Source of the DNA: Lama guanicoe
Lineage: Eukaryota
Reading direction: 5' to 3'
Length of the DNA: 64,000 bases
NCBI GenBank assembly: GCA_013239625.1
Contig: MU053629.1
Coordinates: 716,676 to 780,675 of the forward strand
The number at the start of each line of letters is the position of its first letter. Within the stretch, counting starts at the first letter, position 1. The notes below the pieces were generated by a model. That model was given only the letters and a program-made list of their open reading frames with translations, did not search any database and was not told the origin of the DNA. Positions 23,444-36,800 of this stretch are shown in pieces. The translations under genes and the position numbers were made by a program.

Positions 23444-26400
23444 CTGTCTCCGGGGGTTCCTAATATAGCTTATAAGACCTCAGGAAAGAGTATATGAAAA
23501 TCACAAGTAGAGTTAGCAGACAGAGTACTCATTACATTTCATCCTGCGATATTCCGTCTCTTCTTGGAGCGTTTGAGTCCTGTATCTGCACTGCTAGATC
23601 ATTTTATAGAAGCAAATCATGACTTTGATGTTTCATAAGAGCCTGAGATTCTGTGTACAGCCTAGTTTCGTGCGGGGGCGAATCCTTAAGGGACATTCTT
23701 GGTGGAAAAAAACTATGTTTGTGATACAAGGTTAGGATTATAACATCCAAATACATCTTGATTTATATTTGATTTTAGCTCGGTTTTATCCTGATCTTCA
23801 AGTTAGAAATTAGTAATTTTGACGATCAAGCTTTCTGCAAAAACTCAAGCACAAATCAACTGTCTGTAACTTTCCTTCACACTCAGAGTACAAAATGTAT
23901 AAACCAACAGTGTGGATGGTGAGTCACTGGGCTTTATGTAAACCATGGAGGGCTAAATATATCTAATAAAGATAACGTAGTATGGATTATACTCTGTCTG
24001 TTGGGTTTCCTGTTATAGATTACCTTGTCAGTAGAGGCTGATAATATTTAGAATATGCCAAAAATCAGAACGTAATTCCATAGCCTAATTGGGTGCAACA
24101 GGAAGTTGGGGATTATGAGACATTTTTTTCTGGCACGTGACAGCCTCCTTTGGTTGGCTTTGACCTCCTCCTCATAGACGAGCCTGTGAAGTATGTGTGA
24201 GTTCATTCTGATCTCTCAACAAAAGACTGTGAGCACTGCTCTCTGGAGGGAGAGCTGTTGTGCTAATAGCTCAGTTTTTTGGAGCAGAAGAGCAAGTGCC
24301 CTTTTAAAGGACTTTCCTGAGTGTGTAAGCAGTGCCCACGCAGATCGTGAGCCAGTGGTGTGGACAATGGTCAGGAGTGCTTCCCCTGGTCGTGTCTAGG
24401 AGCCACCGCCAAGCCGCTTGCAGGGACTGCCCAGCGACAGGTCACAGCAGCAGCAGAGAAGTGATGACACAGGGGAGGGGAATACACTGTGGGAATCCCA
24501 GCCGCCAGAGTCAGGAAGGGGAACCTGTCCCTGGGATCCTTCTGCACTGAGAAGAGGGCAGTGGGTGGCCGCCAGCGGGGGCTCTCGCAGACAAGGTTTT
24601 CAGGATGCTGCCAGCATCAGCACCACCTTCATGAACACCACCTGCATGCAGCTGGAGAGCATCGTTCTAAGTTTTAAGTCCATTTAAAGGGGGTTGGCCA
24701 GAATGACAAATTGTCATGGAAAGGTGACTGCAAGGTATTCTGAGGACCGAAAAAGCACAGGTTAAAGGACCTGAATTTGAAGCCTATACATTCAAATGGA
24801 CGTATCTTCTTCTTTCTTTTGGTAATTTTGCCGCTGACCAGCATGCTCTACTGACGAGTTGGGTGAGTGGGAGAAGACAGCTCGATGCTGTGGGAGGAGA
24901 CAGAGCTTTGTCTCCGTGGCTGAGCTGTGTGCGCCGAGCTCACCTGCGCCTGGCTGGTTCCAGGCCCGGAGACGTGAAGGGAATGAGAGCGAAGCTGAGT
25001 CAGGCTTTTGGCCGGCACGTGCTCCCAAGTGACTCCCCACCAAGTAGAACAGTTGGTCCCTCAGACCCTCCTCAGGCACACACAGGATTCATGTCGCAGG
25101 AGCTTACAATGTAGCAAATTGATCTGATTCAGTCTGAAAGAACTCTCATCTGTTCTTTGTCCATGCTTCCTAGATCGACGTTCAAGCGCCTTTATATTTG
25201 TTTTTGAGAGTATGGCACATCTTTAAGAATGTCTCCAACAAACAAAAATAGCAATTAAAAGATCATTCTTGTGGTATTTCATTCAAAAAATTCATTAAAA
25301 GTTAAGTAAATAATTTCATTATAAATAAAGCGGTGGCTCCTGTGGGAGAACCACTCCCAAGGTACTAATCACGCAAGCTTAGACCTCCTCCATCTGGCGC
25401 TGCGTGAACGTGCGGTTACTCCGCACTGGATGCAGAGGCTGGTCCCTCCCCAGGTTGCTGGCCTAACCATTTGGCAGCACTTTCTCTCTGTCACCCGCTC
25501 TGTTGACTGTTTCCCTGGAGTTTCCTTTGGGACCAAGCCAGCTGACCGGGCCTGGGCTCCTGGCAGTTCCCGTGGTTTGAAGAGGCTTCCCTTCTATTAC
25601 AACTAGTAAGCGTGGTGATCCTGAAGCTCACCCACCCCGGGTCCTCTGGAAGAGAAGCTGAGGTGGCTCTCCTCCAATTCGGGTCTTTGGGTACCGGCTC
25701 AGGTTCCCCCTGGGCACCTCTCAAGTCATGTCAGACATAAACTGGTGGCAGCCAAACTTGCTGCTAAAAAAGGAGAATTGGGGCTGCCTGGTCCACTGGG
25801 GCTTCTAGCTGTCAGGAACGTGCTTCAGTCACGTTACGTGAGTTCTTTGAAGTTTCTGATGTGATGTGACTTTGTTTTTAATTGCAAGCATTTTACAAGG
25901 CTCTCTGACACAGAACAAAGCATGATTCCTAACCGGAAAGACGGGGCCATGAGCTGTGATCAGGTTTCTGGAGCCAGTTGTGAGAAAATCGACCATTGTG
26001 CCTGTCAGCTCTCAGCAGGACGGTGTCTCAAAGGAGGTTTTCAGGGAGGGAGGTGAAAATCAGGGCAGTGACCCTTTGGCCATCTCCTGTGGGTGGCTTT
26101 GGCCCATCGCCGTCAAGTGCATCAGGGGAAGGAGCTGCAGGGTTGCAGGGATGTAATTCACAAAGAAGAGGGCAAGAAAGAGGACCACGGATGGCAGCAT
26201 CTTCCCTCTGCCAGGAGCATACCCAGGACCTCTCCGGAAGGATGGGCCTGGGGGAGGCTGGTGAAGATCCAACAGGATGGAAGCCAAAAGACAGGGAGGA
26301 AGACGAAAAGGAATCATCATTAGAAGAGGCTTCACCTGGAACTATGATGTGGCGGGGCCAAAGGACCAGGAGGGTTGAGTTTGCGCTTCAAGATACAAAC

Positions 26401-27260
26401 AGGAAACGTTTGCTACCTGCAGAAGGGCAGCTAATTCCCCAAAGTCCAAAGTCACATGACCAGAAAGGGCAGCACAGAGACTGAAACCCAATTGTCCATC
26501 TCCGGCTTGGGTGTTGAGGGAGACGCGGGAAGCGGTGCGGACCCTTGACACTCCGTTTCTCTTTGATTTGGGTTTTCTATTTATCCTGTGGGTTCTAATC
26601 AGAAATGGAAGCTAGAACTTTTTTCAGAATTAAGAGTGGATCACAGGGTTCAGCTGAGAATCAGACTAGCTTCACTCAAAACCAGAAAAGTGGTTTTTAA
26701 AACCACAAAAGATACATGTAGGAATAGAAAGAACAGTGAAATCAATTGTGAATGCTTACTGAGCATTTACTGTGAGTCAGTTATGCCCTGTGTATGTTAA
26801 TAATGTATTTACAACAGCCCTCTCGGATAGGTGGGAGGGAGGGTAGGCTCAGAAAATGAACAAACTGCCGTAAAGATTATGTTCTCAGAATCCCTGGGAG
26901 GCCAAAAGGAAAAATAAAAACGAGGACAAGCCGCCCCTTTTCTGTCCCCCTCTCCACACTCCTTTCCCCTCTCCTGCTCCAGTGGCACCTCCAGCTCCTG
27001 AAACTCAAAACCTGTCAGCAGAGCTGGAATCTCAACCGCTCCCCGCTCCGAGCGTGGGAAGCAGGCAGCAAAGGACCCAGCCCACAGTGCGGCCTTTCCC
27101 ACGAGGGATCTCACCAGCCCTCTGACTTGTTCAGAGAGGAGCTCTGGAGAAGTTCAGCAAACAGGAGAAGTATCAGCAGAAGGGTGCTCAGACGTCTGTC
27201 AAAGCTGCCGAGAAGCCACAACTAGATAAGAGTCTGCTGGACAGTCCAGGAAAGACAGTT

Positions 27261-27304
27261 GCTAAGAGCTGCGGGCGACATGGCTAAGAGCTGCGGGCGA
27301 CGTG
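27261..27304. repeat. 22-bp tandem duplication (gctaagagctgcgggcgacRtg x2)
   Basis: Two adjacent copies differing at one CpG-type position. Confidence 0.9.
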
Positions 27305-30300
27305 GCCAGTAACGTTTTCAAGTGGAGAATAACGGGGAAGGAGCAGTGTACAAAGGATGAGAAGGTGGATCCAGCACTCAGAGGCTGCAGCCGACGCCCT
27401 CACCAAGCAGACTGGGCTTAGTTTGCACACCTGTGACATTAATTTGCTAAGAGAGCCTCTTAGTAAAATGCTGCTGTGTTTTGCATCTGTCTGTGCCTGA
27501 CTCAGTGTCCTGGACCACGAGTGCCACTTGAGGATGATACAGGCAGAGCATGCAATTAACAACCCACAGCCTCAACAGAGCAGGAGCCAGTGCTTGGATG
27601 TGTGCATCCATTTATCCCCAGGACTCAGGAATGGAAAGTTATTGATGTGGACGCTCACCCCATGCATTTCCCTTTCTCTTATCTTGTACATTGTCCTCTG
27701 GCTGAACTCTGGAACTTGGAGGCTTGTCTTAAATAGATACATTCTGTCAGCAAACCTTTATCACAGGGGTTTCTCTGCCTCATTTTGTGCTTGAGAGACA
27801 TACATTAGATGAACACAGTCTGTGCCCTGGAGGAGATCACAGGCTGCACAGTTATGCTAACTGGTGTCTGTTTTCCTTAGTCCAGGCTAGCGTGTGCCCC
27901 AGAGTGGCCCTTACCTCCTGCATCTTCAGCCAGCTCCCGGGAACAGAGCAAGGGCTGTCGTTAATAAGCCTGTTGAGTGAAAGCATTTCCTTTCGTTGTG
28001 GTGCCCTGGGTCTCCTGGTTCTTCCCCAGGGTCGCCTTGCTGCAGCTCGAAGTTACCATTCCTCTGCTCAGTCTCTCAGCCCCAGTGGGCTTTGTCCCAT
28101 TAACACACCCTGCCTTTTCATTGCGGTCCTTAATTAGGGAAGTCCTTTAAAGACCAAGCCAATTCCTTGTCCCTCCTTGTTTGCAATGTGGCTAAGCATA
28201 CATCCTCCCTTTTCTTGCCGCCCTCCTACCACTCCCCCAGCTTCCATCCTGTATCCTGGTGGGAGCTGAAGCCAATGGGAACACAGAACTAGGGTGCTGT
28301 GGCTTTTCACCAAGTCTCCTTGGCTTGGGGAAATCCAGTTTTCTCTTAGGCTACAAGTTGTATGATATGAGGAAACATCAAGCGTTTGTGTCTAATTTCA
28401 GCAGGAGAGGGAGAGGGGGCTTTTAGCCTTGATGATAAATCTGGATACCAATCCAGCAGACAGAAGGCAGATTTCATCTTGGAACTCTGCCCAGACTGCA
28501 ACATCTAACTGTTTGCCCTCCATCCCAGTTGCCATCACAGCCAGCTTTACTAAGCCTTTTCTTGGGAAACTGTCCGGTACATTTTAGTGAGAGCAAATGT
28601 CTCCTAGAGATAAGGCATTCTCATGTCCATTTTAAAGCCTAGAGATATTATGGAAAGGAAAATAAAAATTTATCAAAGGGCATTACAGCAATTGCCATTG
28701 CAAGAAAAATCTGTGGGTGTCAAAAATATTTCCAAGTTGAGTGTCTATTTTAAGCATGAGTTTGAGAAAGAAAAAACAAAAACAAGGGTAGTGAAAGACA
28801 TGGGAGAGGCCTTTTAAATCGGTTCTAATGAGAGAATTCTATCAGCTCTATCCATGCTCAGAATGAGCACTTAATTTTAAGGAAATTACATTTTTGTGCA
28901 GCTTAAAATTTGGGAAATGAGAAATCAGCTGTGGAAGCGGACTCAGTGTTGGAACCCATAGCGTAGCTGAGGCCAGGACCTGGGAGACGTCGGGACCCAC
29001 CGGGGGCCTCCACTTCCTCGTCTGCAAACTGAGGAGGGGCTCCCTTTGGACGGAAAAATCCTATGATTTCCCCAGTGCCTTAATCTGTGATAGCCTTGGC
29101 TTTCTTTTGCAGAACGGATTTCCAGAAAAGCTCTTAATTCAAGGTCATTGAATATACCTATTGGAGCCCAGTGTCATTTCTTTGTGGCCTCGGTATAGTG
29201 GTACCTTTTATGCCAGTGTGTCTTACAATGAGTTGTTTTGGGGTTTCAGTAAATAGATTTCATCTTCCACCCTGACCCCAGGCTTCCCCACCCCATAGCA
29301 AGGAGTCCAAGCTTAATCTACTGGCACTGAATCCATTTCTGTCCCGAATGCTCTTAGAGCAGGACTGCGTCAGAAATAAGAAAGAGTATGCTGCTTCTGT
29401 CTCAGAGCTTCTGAGATGCTGCCGTCATCCTTCAGACCCACTTGATGTGCACGGAAATGTTTTTATGATAATCCAGGTTATAAAAACAAAAATGAGAGTG
29501 GCCACATGTTGAACTATGAGAGAGCCGTAAAGAACAGGGCACTGGGGAAGCACTGTGCCCTTGTGTCCACATGGGACCATTAGTGAGCTGACATTGAGCC
29601 TCTGACGAGTCATTTCTCACCAGTGCCCGAAGTGGTGGCCTCATCTAGGAAAGGCACAGCCTTGTGGAGGCAGAGGGGTTACATTTAGATCTCATCTAGA
29701 CGCTTCCTGCTGTCATGTGACCTTGGCCCAGGACCCCACCTCCCTCAGCCTGACTTTCCTCATTCTAAATATAAGGATAAACATGAGTACAGTATGAGAT
29801 TTTTTTCCCCCTTTTTTTGGGTGAGAACTAAACAAGTTAATGCACATAAAGTGCCTGACAAAATACCTAGCACATAGTGGCCACTCTTAAAAACGTACCA
29901 ATATTGTATAACATTGGGAACCGACTTAATGCCACTGAGTCTTACACTTAAGATTGGTTCAAAGGGTGAGTTTCGTGTTACGTGCATTTGAGCACTCACA
30001 CACAAAGAAAAGCAGCGTTGTGCCTGGCCGTCGTCTCTCAGTGCCTGAGAGGCACCAGCTGCATCTTTAACCTCCTGTGATGGAAGGGGAAGTTAGCCAT
30101 GTTGACTTAGATTCACAGAACATGATTGCTGGAGGGGGCCTTGGGGGTCACCTAGTCTGACCACCCCGTATGGTGGTGCTCCGCCCCACCCTGCCGGGGA
30201 CCAAGTCTTCACACTTGCCCCACTTCCCGAAAGCTTCTCTTCAAATTTGCGGGTGTTGAGCAGCACGGGGCCGGGTGGTGGTGAATTTCAAGCAGAAGGC

Positions 30301-30951
30301 ACCTGTGCGGAGGGGGCCGGCGTTCTTCCCCAGGTTGGGTTGTGCCTGGGTCTCCAGGTGACCACGCAGCTCTACCCTGATGTCCAGTCGCCTCAATTTC
30401 TTTCCCACCGCTGATGACCTGTGGTCGGCATGTGCTCTGCTCAGCAACAGAAATGCGAATACTTTTCTTACTTTTGTGTTCACCCAAAAGAAATAGGGCT
30501 TTTCACAGCTAACAGTTATCTTTCTTCTTTTCAACCCATCTTTTTGAGCCTTAAGCTCCAGGAAAGTGTGACCACCACCCACTCTTTGGATTTTGATAGT
30601 TGGTTATTTTGGTTTGGGTTATTGACGCTGATGGAACCATTCGAATATATTTTATTCACAGTGAGCTTGCATCTCCTTAAAGATTCTGCTAGAAAAAGAG
30701 TCTTAGAATTTCCTGATTTGAAATGTGCACGAAATCTCAGTGCTGGGAGATTTTATCTTTTAGAGTCGGGGTTGGGGGAGGCAGTAGAGGGAGAGGCATC
30801 CTGCCAGCTTAAGCCTTTCTACCCTGGGTGTGGTTTGTCAGTAGAAAGCAGTGCACAAACGAAGAGCCAGGTGACCATGAAGGAAGTGGTTGGGCAGAAA
30901 GCGCCCGTGGGAATGTGAATTGCGTGTGATGCGATTTTCTTTTGGTTATAG

Positions 30952-31077
30952 CAAGCGGATGAGACCCTGGATTTTGAAGAACAGATCTTGGAAGCTGCTA
31001 AATCCATTGCTGCTGCCACAAGCGCCCTGGTCAAATCGGCCTCGGCAGCCCAGAGGGAGCTGGTGGCCCAAGGAAAG
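30952..31077 (+). CDS. TLN2: Talin-2 coding exon (126 nt, QADETLDFEEQILEAAKSIAAATSALVKSASAAQRELVAQGK)
   Basis: Acceptor ggttatag|CAA, donor AAG|gtgtgt; I/LWEQ block 1 sequence. Confidence 0.96.
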
Positions 31078-33095
31078 GTGTGTAAACCTCGCTGGCCGAG
31101 TGGTGGAAGGTTCATGTGGCCGGAGCCTCCGAGGACTGAGGACTCTGCCTTCCCTCCCTGAGTTGCCCGTCTCTGTCTGTCTAACCGAACACCCTGTTTG
31201 CTTAAACATTACAAACAGAATGAAGGGTTTGGCTTCTAGGCCTCTCATCTAATTCTTATTAGGGAAAGTTCCCACCCCAGACCACAGTCAGGGCCTGAAC
31301 AAGACATTTGGCTTCCTACAGTGCCTTAGTCTATTTAAAGATGAGAACTGTCATGTTTCCCTGGTGGATGGCTTCATAAGCACCGTAGTCGGGGGCTTTC
31401 TAATACCATTTCCAACGCTAGTGACTCCATCCATTCTTCTAGCACTGTTTAGCCGAATGCTGTCCAAGTCTACAGTGAGCATTTTCCTCTGGTCAGAAGG
31501 CCGGTCTGGTTTTGAAGCTGAGATTTCTTGGATCTGCTTCATCTCCAGTCCCCCATTCCATCTGCATTAGCGTGAAAGTGTAGTTCTTTTTCAGTGATCC
31601 AAAGGATTTATAGTGCATTTGACTAACCCTGCATACGGGAAGGTCTTCCAGTTTAAAGTTCTCCGTGTGCCCTGTGTCTCCGGTACACCGTGGACGCACC
31701 CCATCCATACATTTTGCAGAGAAGCTTCTCAGTCACACAGGCATCACAGCAATCCTGCAGGCTTGGGAAATGTCGCCATAACTGTCAGTCACTTCTGTTT
31801 GATATTAAAAGACCTTTGCTGTCAGTGTGCAGATGACAGATGTGATGGTGTCTTGACCCAAGAACGTGTAATACAGACAAGAGTTATGGCCAACCAGTGG
31901 CCTTCCCTCTGTCTTCCTCCCACAGTTGTGTCTCTTGTGAGCTTAGCCGTGTCCTGATCCAGCCTACGTACGTTGGCTCCTCTTTATAAACCATCGTATA
32001 ATACATTATCCAATATCGTGCCCAACCGGCACGAATCTGTCCTTCCATGCGTCTCACTTACCCCCTGTAGACCTAGCAGAGTGCGGACCTCACTCACCAA
32101 GGACTTGGTGACTGATCATTATGTAAAGACCAAAAATGAATCCTGGAGAGGCACATCCTACCTAAAATTTCCATTTATTTCAACACTGATAAAGAGCCAT
32201 CTACGTGGACACATTGCTAGATACTAGAAAGTCAAACTTGAAGATGGCCAAGCCCCTGTCCTCTAAGGAACTTATATGTTCAAGCATTTAAGGAGTTGGT
32301 AAAGGAGGTTCAGCTGGACTTGGTGCACTATGATTATATGCAGGACCATGGGGCCTTACCTGACGGTCAGCAAGCCCCGATGTGGTACCTGTCATTGCTG
32401 ACAGGGAGCCCCGATTTCTTAGTCACATTTAAATACTTAAACCTTACCTCTCCAGGCCCCTCCCACAAGTACAAAAGCGTTTTCTCTCAAAGCTGCTCCC
32501 ACTGCGTCTGGTCAGAAAATGTTACACTTGTTGGCATAATTTCTAGATAGAAGTGAAGATCGTCTTACTTCCAGCCTCTGACTGCTTTCCCTGCACCTGA
32601 CAAAATGGTCTGTGTTTCCTTAAGATAAGGATCTGCACTCAGTTGTGTGCGTCCCTCTTTCTAACATCATCTGCCAGAAGAGTCACAGTGTGGCTTTCAG
32701 GGTCCGTAATCAGGAGAGACTGAAGTTTCCCTTGGCCCTTGAGTGAAGCGGTCCCAGCAGCTCCCATGTTGGAAATGGAGAAAGGTCAGCAGGATATAGG
32801 CATTTAAGGACAGCCCCATGCATGGTTTCTGAGCTGGTTTCCCAGAAGCTTGGTGCCTGGCAGCTAAATTGAAGCTGTTGCCTCCAAGGCTGCCTCCTTG
32901 TGGCCCCGATGAAACCAGCCAGGATGCGCAGCCTTGGGACGGCCCACGTGGGAAGGGTAGGCGAGAGTCCCGAGGTGGCGCCGTGTATCTGATGAGATGC
33001 TTTTCCCTGTAGTTCCAGGCCAGGGGAGGGCCTGAGGGCTGCAGGTCGCCCTGCGCCCTCCCGCTCTCACTACTGGTTTCTCGTCTCCACTCTAG

Positions 33096-33158
33096 GTGGG
33101 CTCCATTCCCGCCAACGCTGCGGACGACGGACAGTGGTCCCAGGGCCTGATTTCTGCC
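33096..33158 (+). CDS. TLN2: Talin-2 coding exon (63 nt, VGSIPANAADDGQWSQGLISA)
   Basis: Acceptor ctctag|GTG, donor GCC|gtgagt; contains the conserved W of I/LWEQ; followed by a 91-nt intron. Confidence 0.96.
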
Positions 33159-33249
33159 GTGAGTCACCCGCTCCTTCTTCCCCATTGGCTTTGTGCATCC
33201 CCTGAGGGAGGTGTGGGCCTCGGGTCACTCCTCTATTGACTGTCCCCAG

Positions 33250-33432
33250 GCCCGGATGGTGGCAGCTGCGACCAGCAGTCTCTGCGAGGCGGCCAATGCC
33301 TCCGTCCAGGGGCACGCCAGCGAGGAGAAACTCATCTCGTCCGCCAAGCAGGTCGCTGCTTCCACGGCTCAGCTGCTAGTGGCCTGCAAGGTGAAGGCCG
33401 ATCAGGATTCAGAGGCCATGAGGCGGCTACAG
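33250..33432 (+). CDS. TLN2: Talin-2 coding exon (183 nt, ARMVAAATSSLCEAANASVQGHASEEKLISSAKQVAASTAQLLVACKVKADQDSEAMRRLQ)
   Basis: Acceptor tccccag|GCC, proximal donor CAG|gtaatg. Confidence 0.96.
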
Positions 33433-33477
33433 GTAATGGTCACTGATGCTGGTGGGAAAGTACTCCTGTTGGAGCGG
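33433..33477 (+). CDS. TLN2: Alternative in-frame 45-nt exon extension (VMVTDAGGKVLLLER) via a distal 5' splice site
   Basis: Stop-free 15 codons ending at a consensus donor CGG|gtaagt (33478-33483); frame is preserved into the next exon. Confidence 0.75.
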
Positions 33478-34699
33478 GTAAGTGTCGCCGCAGGGGGCAG
33501 TCTCACTTCCTTGGCATGACCCACCAGGCCTTCCATCCGCAAACTCTGTCCCACGTTACTCATTTTCCACCTCGTGTGGCCGTGCGTCCCACACCTGCTG
33601 CCCCACCAAAGTGATGTTCTCCATATGTGCCTTCTGGTCTCATGCCTTAGGGCCCTCCTCCCCACCAGCCCAACCTTGCTGAACTCCTACTTGTCCTTTG
33701 TGACACATCACCAAAGCCACCTCTTCTGGGAAGCCCTCCCTGACTCCCAGTCAGTCCCTCTTCTGCCCTGCCAGAGCCTCTGGCCAGACCACTTACACTT
33801 CTTGTCACCTGGTACACCCACGTTTATCTTCCTGTCTGCCTTTGACGAGGCAGTGAGCTTCTTAGGCACAGATCTTTATCTCTGAGTCTCTCACGCCTAA
33901 GACGGCTCTTGTTCAGTGTTTGCTAAAGAAAGGAGCAAAAGGATGGAGGAATTTATGAGATGTTGCTAAGGTTTCCCAGAGCCCCGAGAACACACTTACG
34001 AAGGTGACATTTGAGTCCTGCCCGTGCATCTAAGTTTTCCTGATTGTTTTAATTATAAAAGTATTTTAAACACGACAAAGGAAACATCAGAACAAAAAAA
34101 GATCACGTAGCCTCAACATCTTCACACGTCAGATGTTTTTTTCTCTTCCTGTTTCTCAGAATACTTTTGTCTAGTTGTCATCATCACGGGAGACATTCTG
34201 CATTTTTTTGCTCAACATTTTATCAGATTTCTTTTTTTCCTTGAAGAGAAGGCTTCACAATGGCTCTATGCAGGGCTCACTGGTTCATTCTTCATGAGTC
34301 TCATTTTTAATGATTGCATGATACTGTGTCAGCTGATGATGCCAGAATTTCTCTGTAGACGTTGGATGTTTTTATTTCTGATTTTCTAGAGGTTCATTAT
34401 TATAAACGTTGTGATGTAAATTGTTTATGTTGCTAAAAATGTTTATGTCAGACATGAATAAAATCGTAAATGGCAGAAATATTTGAACAATTCCATTGAC
34501 ACTCAGGACTCATTGTATTTTCTAAGTTCTAAAGTGCATCACCATTGTTGGGTCCTTGTGTGTCAGTCTGTCCCTGATCCTCCGCCTCACCTTCATTTTT
34601 CTGCTGGCATAAACCCAGAGGGGAAATGGGGAGCTGCATGTCTGTGATTGCATGATTCGTGGGTTCTGGGGACACTTCTTTGGAAAACATCTCGAGTTA

Positions 34700-34890
34700 A
34701 GAGAGACTTGGATTCAAATCCAGCCTCTGCCATGGATTAAGTACATGGTCTTACACAAATGGTTCCAAACCTTTCAGGCCTTAGTTGTCTCATCTGTAAA
34801 ATGGGAGTAGAGGTACCTGCACTGGCTCTTACGAGGGTCAAGAAATGTGAAAGGGCTTTTGTAAGTCCTAAGGGTTTACACAGGTACAAC
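34700..34890 (+). mobile_element. MIR SINE
   Basis: ttggattcaaatccagcctctgcca...ctcatctgtaaaatggga core. Confidence 0.75.
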
Positions 34891-36060
34891 CCGGCATCAT
34901 TCTTATCGTGACTAATTTAACCAGATGCAGCAGTGTCATATCTGAATGCCTTTTGGTGACCCAGAGGCTCTCTGCAGCTACACAGACCTATGTTCAAATC
35001 GCAGCTCTATTACTGACCGGCTGCAGGATCTTAGATGAGTTACTCATCTTCTCTCTCTCCAGAGGAAAGTGGACTAATGACTTCTGACCTCATAAAGCTG
35101 TTTTGAGAATAAGCATTCGATGACTGCTTGTCAGATGCTAATTGGCTTCCCCCTCCCTTCTCGTGCAAGCCCTCGTGGTCCCCATTGGTCACTTTAGGTC
35201 ACCAACCAGACGAGCCAGCGAACTTTGAACGAGAAAAACACTCAACTTTCTGATGGCTAACCCCCAAGAACAAGTCCTGGACCCCAAGGGGGCTGGGCAA
35301 GGACTACGGGAGGCTTAATGAAGCCTTGAACACCAGTTGAAAGAAATTCCAAACCTCAGGGGGCAGAGGTCAAGTCCCCTGGGCCATGTTTTTGGGGCAT
35401 TAAGAGTAAGCCCGGGGGGGCTGTCCCCCTTACTGAAGATCTAAACCACTCATTGACAGGTTCTTCTTTACCTGTCTGTAGCATTCAGCCCATACTCGCG
35501 ACAGAAAGCCCTGCTGGGACTCTGAAGTACATCTGTAAAGGCCTTGGTTGCTGTGGGGCTCCCACTTCTCCCACACAAAGGCTTTCAGAGCCCTTCACTC
35601 CCTCAGAAGGCAGCCAGTGAGCGCCAGGCCTGGGTAGCCACTGTGCCTGTGCTGGGGGTGCGGAGATTCAAGCCACAGCCCCTGTCTTCAAGTTCCTCAC
35701 TGTCCAGGAGTGAGAGAAGCAACCACATGTGTGGTAAGGGCTGCAAAGAAGCCAGCACGGAGCTTTCCAGGAGCCCTCGGGAGGGTGTGGCTAAGACCAA
35801 GGCAGACAGAAAAAGTAATCTCTGAGCCAAGTCCTCAAATATGCCTCAGTTGGATACGGTTGGGGGTGGGGATGGTTTTCTAACCAAAGAGGCAGCCCCT
35901 GAGCATGCTTCTGTTAACACGTGTATCATATTGCTGCAATCTTGTATTTACATAATTATAATTCCCCTCAAAAATGTGTGTTCCTTGGGAGCCGGGAAAA
36001 GTATCTCGTTAATCTGTGAATGAGCTATGGTTAGGCAGGTTCCAGTGTTGGTAGAATCAG

Positions 36061-36083
36061 TGGATGGATGGATGGATGGATGG
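36061..36083. repeat. (TGGA)n microsatellite
   Basis: tggatggatggatggatggatgg. Confidence 0.9.
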
Positions 36084-36238
36084 ACAGACAAGTAGATGAT
36101 AACTAGAGAGAAACTGTGTTATGTATAACTGGATGGTAAATTAATGCATAGTCTCATGAACTGTACCTTCATGTCTGTTCTTGCTGAATCCAAGTGGCTG
36201 TTTCTAATGATCTAATGTTTATTTTGTTCCCTCTCCAG

Positions 36239-36364
36239 GCAGCAGGAAATGCTGTAAAAAGAGCCTCAGACAATCTCGTTCGTGCCGCCCAGAAGGCAGC
36301 ATTTGGCAAAGCTGATGATGATGATGTTGTAGTGAAAACAAAGTTTGTAGGGGGCATTGCTCAG
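36239..36364 (+). CDS. TLN2: Talin-2 coding exon (126 nt, AAGNAVKRASDNLVRAAQKAAFGKADDDDVVVKTKFVGGIAQ)
   Basis: Acceptor ctctccag|GCA, donor CAG|gtttgt. Confidence 0.96.
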
Positions 36365-36399
36365 GTTTGTGATCCAATCCAGACACTGTTTATTCCCAA

Positions 36400-36800
36400 G
36401 ATGAGCAATGTGTTATAACAGAGGCACAAAATAACAGTGGCTTAAACAAGCTGGAAGTTTATTTCTCCCTCGTGAAACAGTCTTGGGTGTAAGAATTCTA
36501 CGGATGGTGTGATGGTTCCTTTGTGTCTGAGACCCAGACTCCATCTGCCTTACATTCCTGAGATGTTGCCTTGGCCACTTGGTCTAAGATGGCTTGATAA
36601 CCACCCCAGGTTTCCAGCCAGCAGGGAGACGGAAAGTTAGGGCAGGCATGACTCTAAAGTTGCCTACATCACTTCCTCTCACATGCCATTGGTCAACACT
36701 TAGTCACATGGCCAGCCTAGCTGCAAAGAATGCAGGAAAATGTAGTATTCTTTTCTGAGTAGCAGTGTGTCTACCTAAAAATCAGGGATTCTACTATAGA
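36400..36800. mobile_element. MaLR LTR (MLT1-like)
   Basis: cagtggcttaaacaag...tttatttctc and ttagtcacatggccagcctagctgcaa...aaatgtagt are MLT1 hallmarks; boundaries approximate. Confidence 0.7.

Noticed and set aside
24566..24585. CTCF-like word ggccgccagcgggggctc
   Set aside because: Mismatches at core positions; cannot be supported without a PWM scan or ChIP data.
27261..27304. Short direct repeats as a possible CRISPR-like or functional array (also 48162-48207)
   Set aside because: Only two adjacent copies with no spacers; ordinary slippage duplications in eukaryotic DNA.
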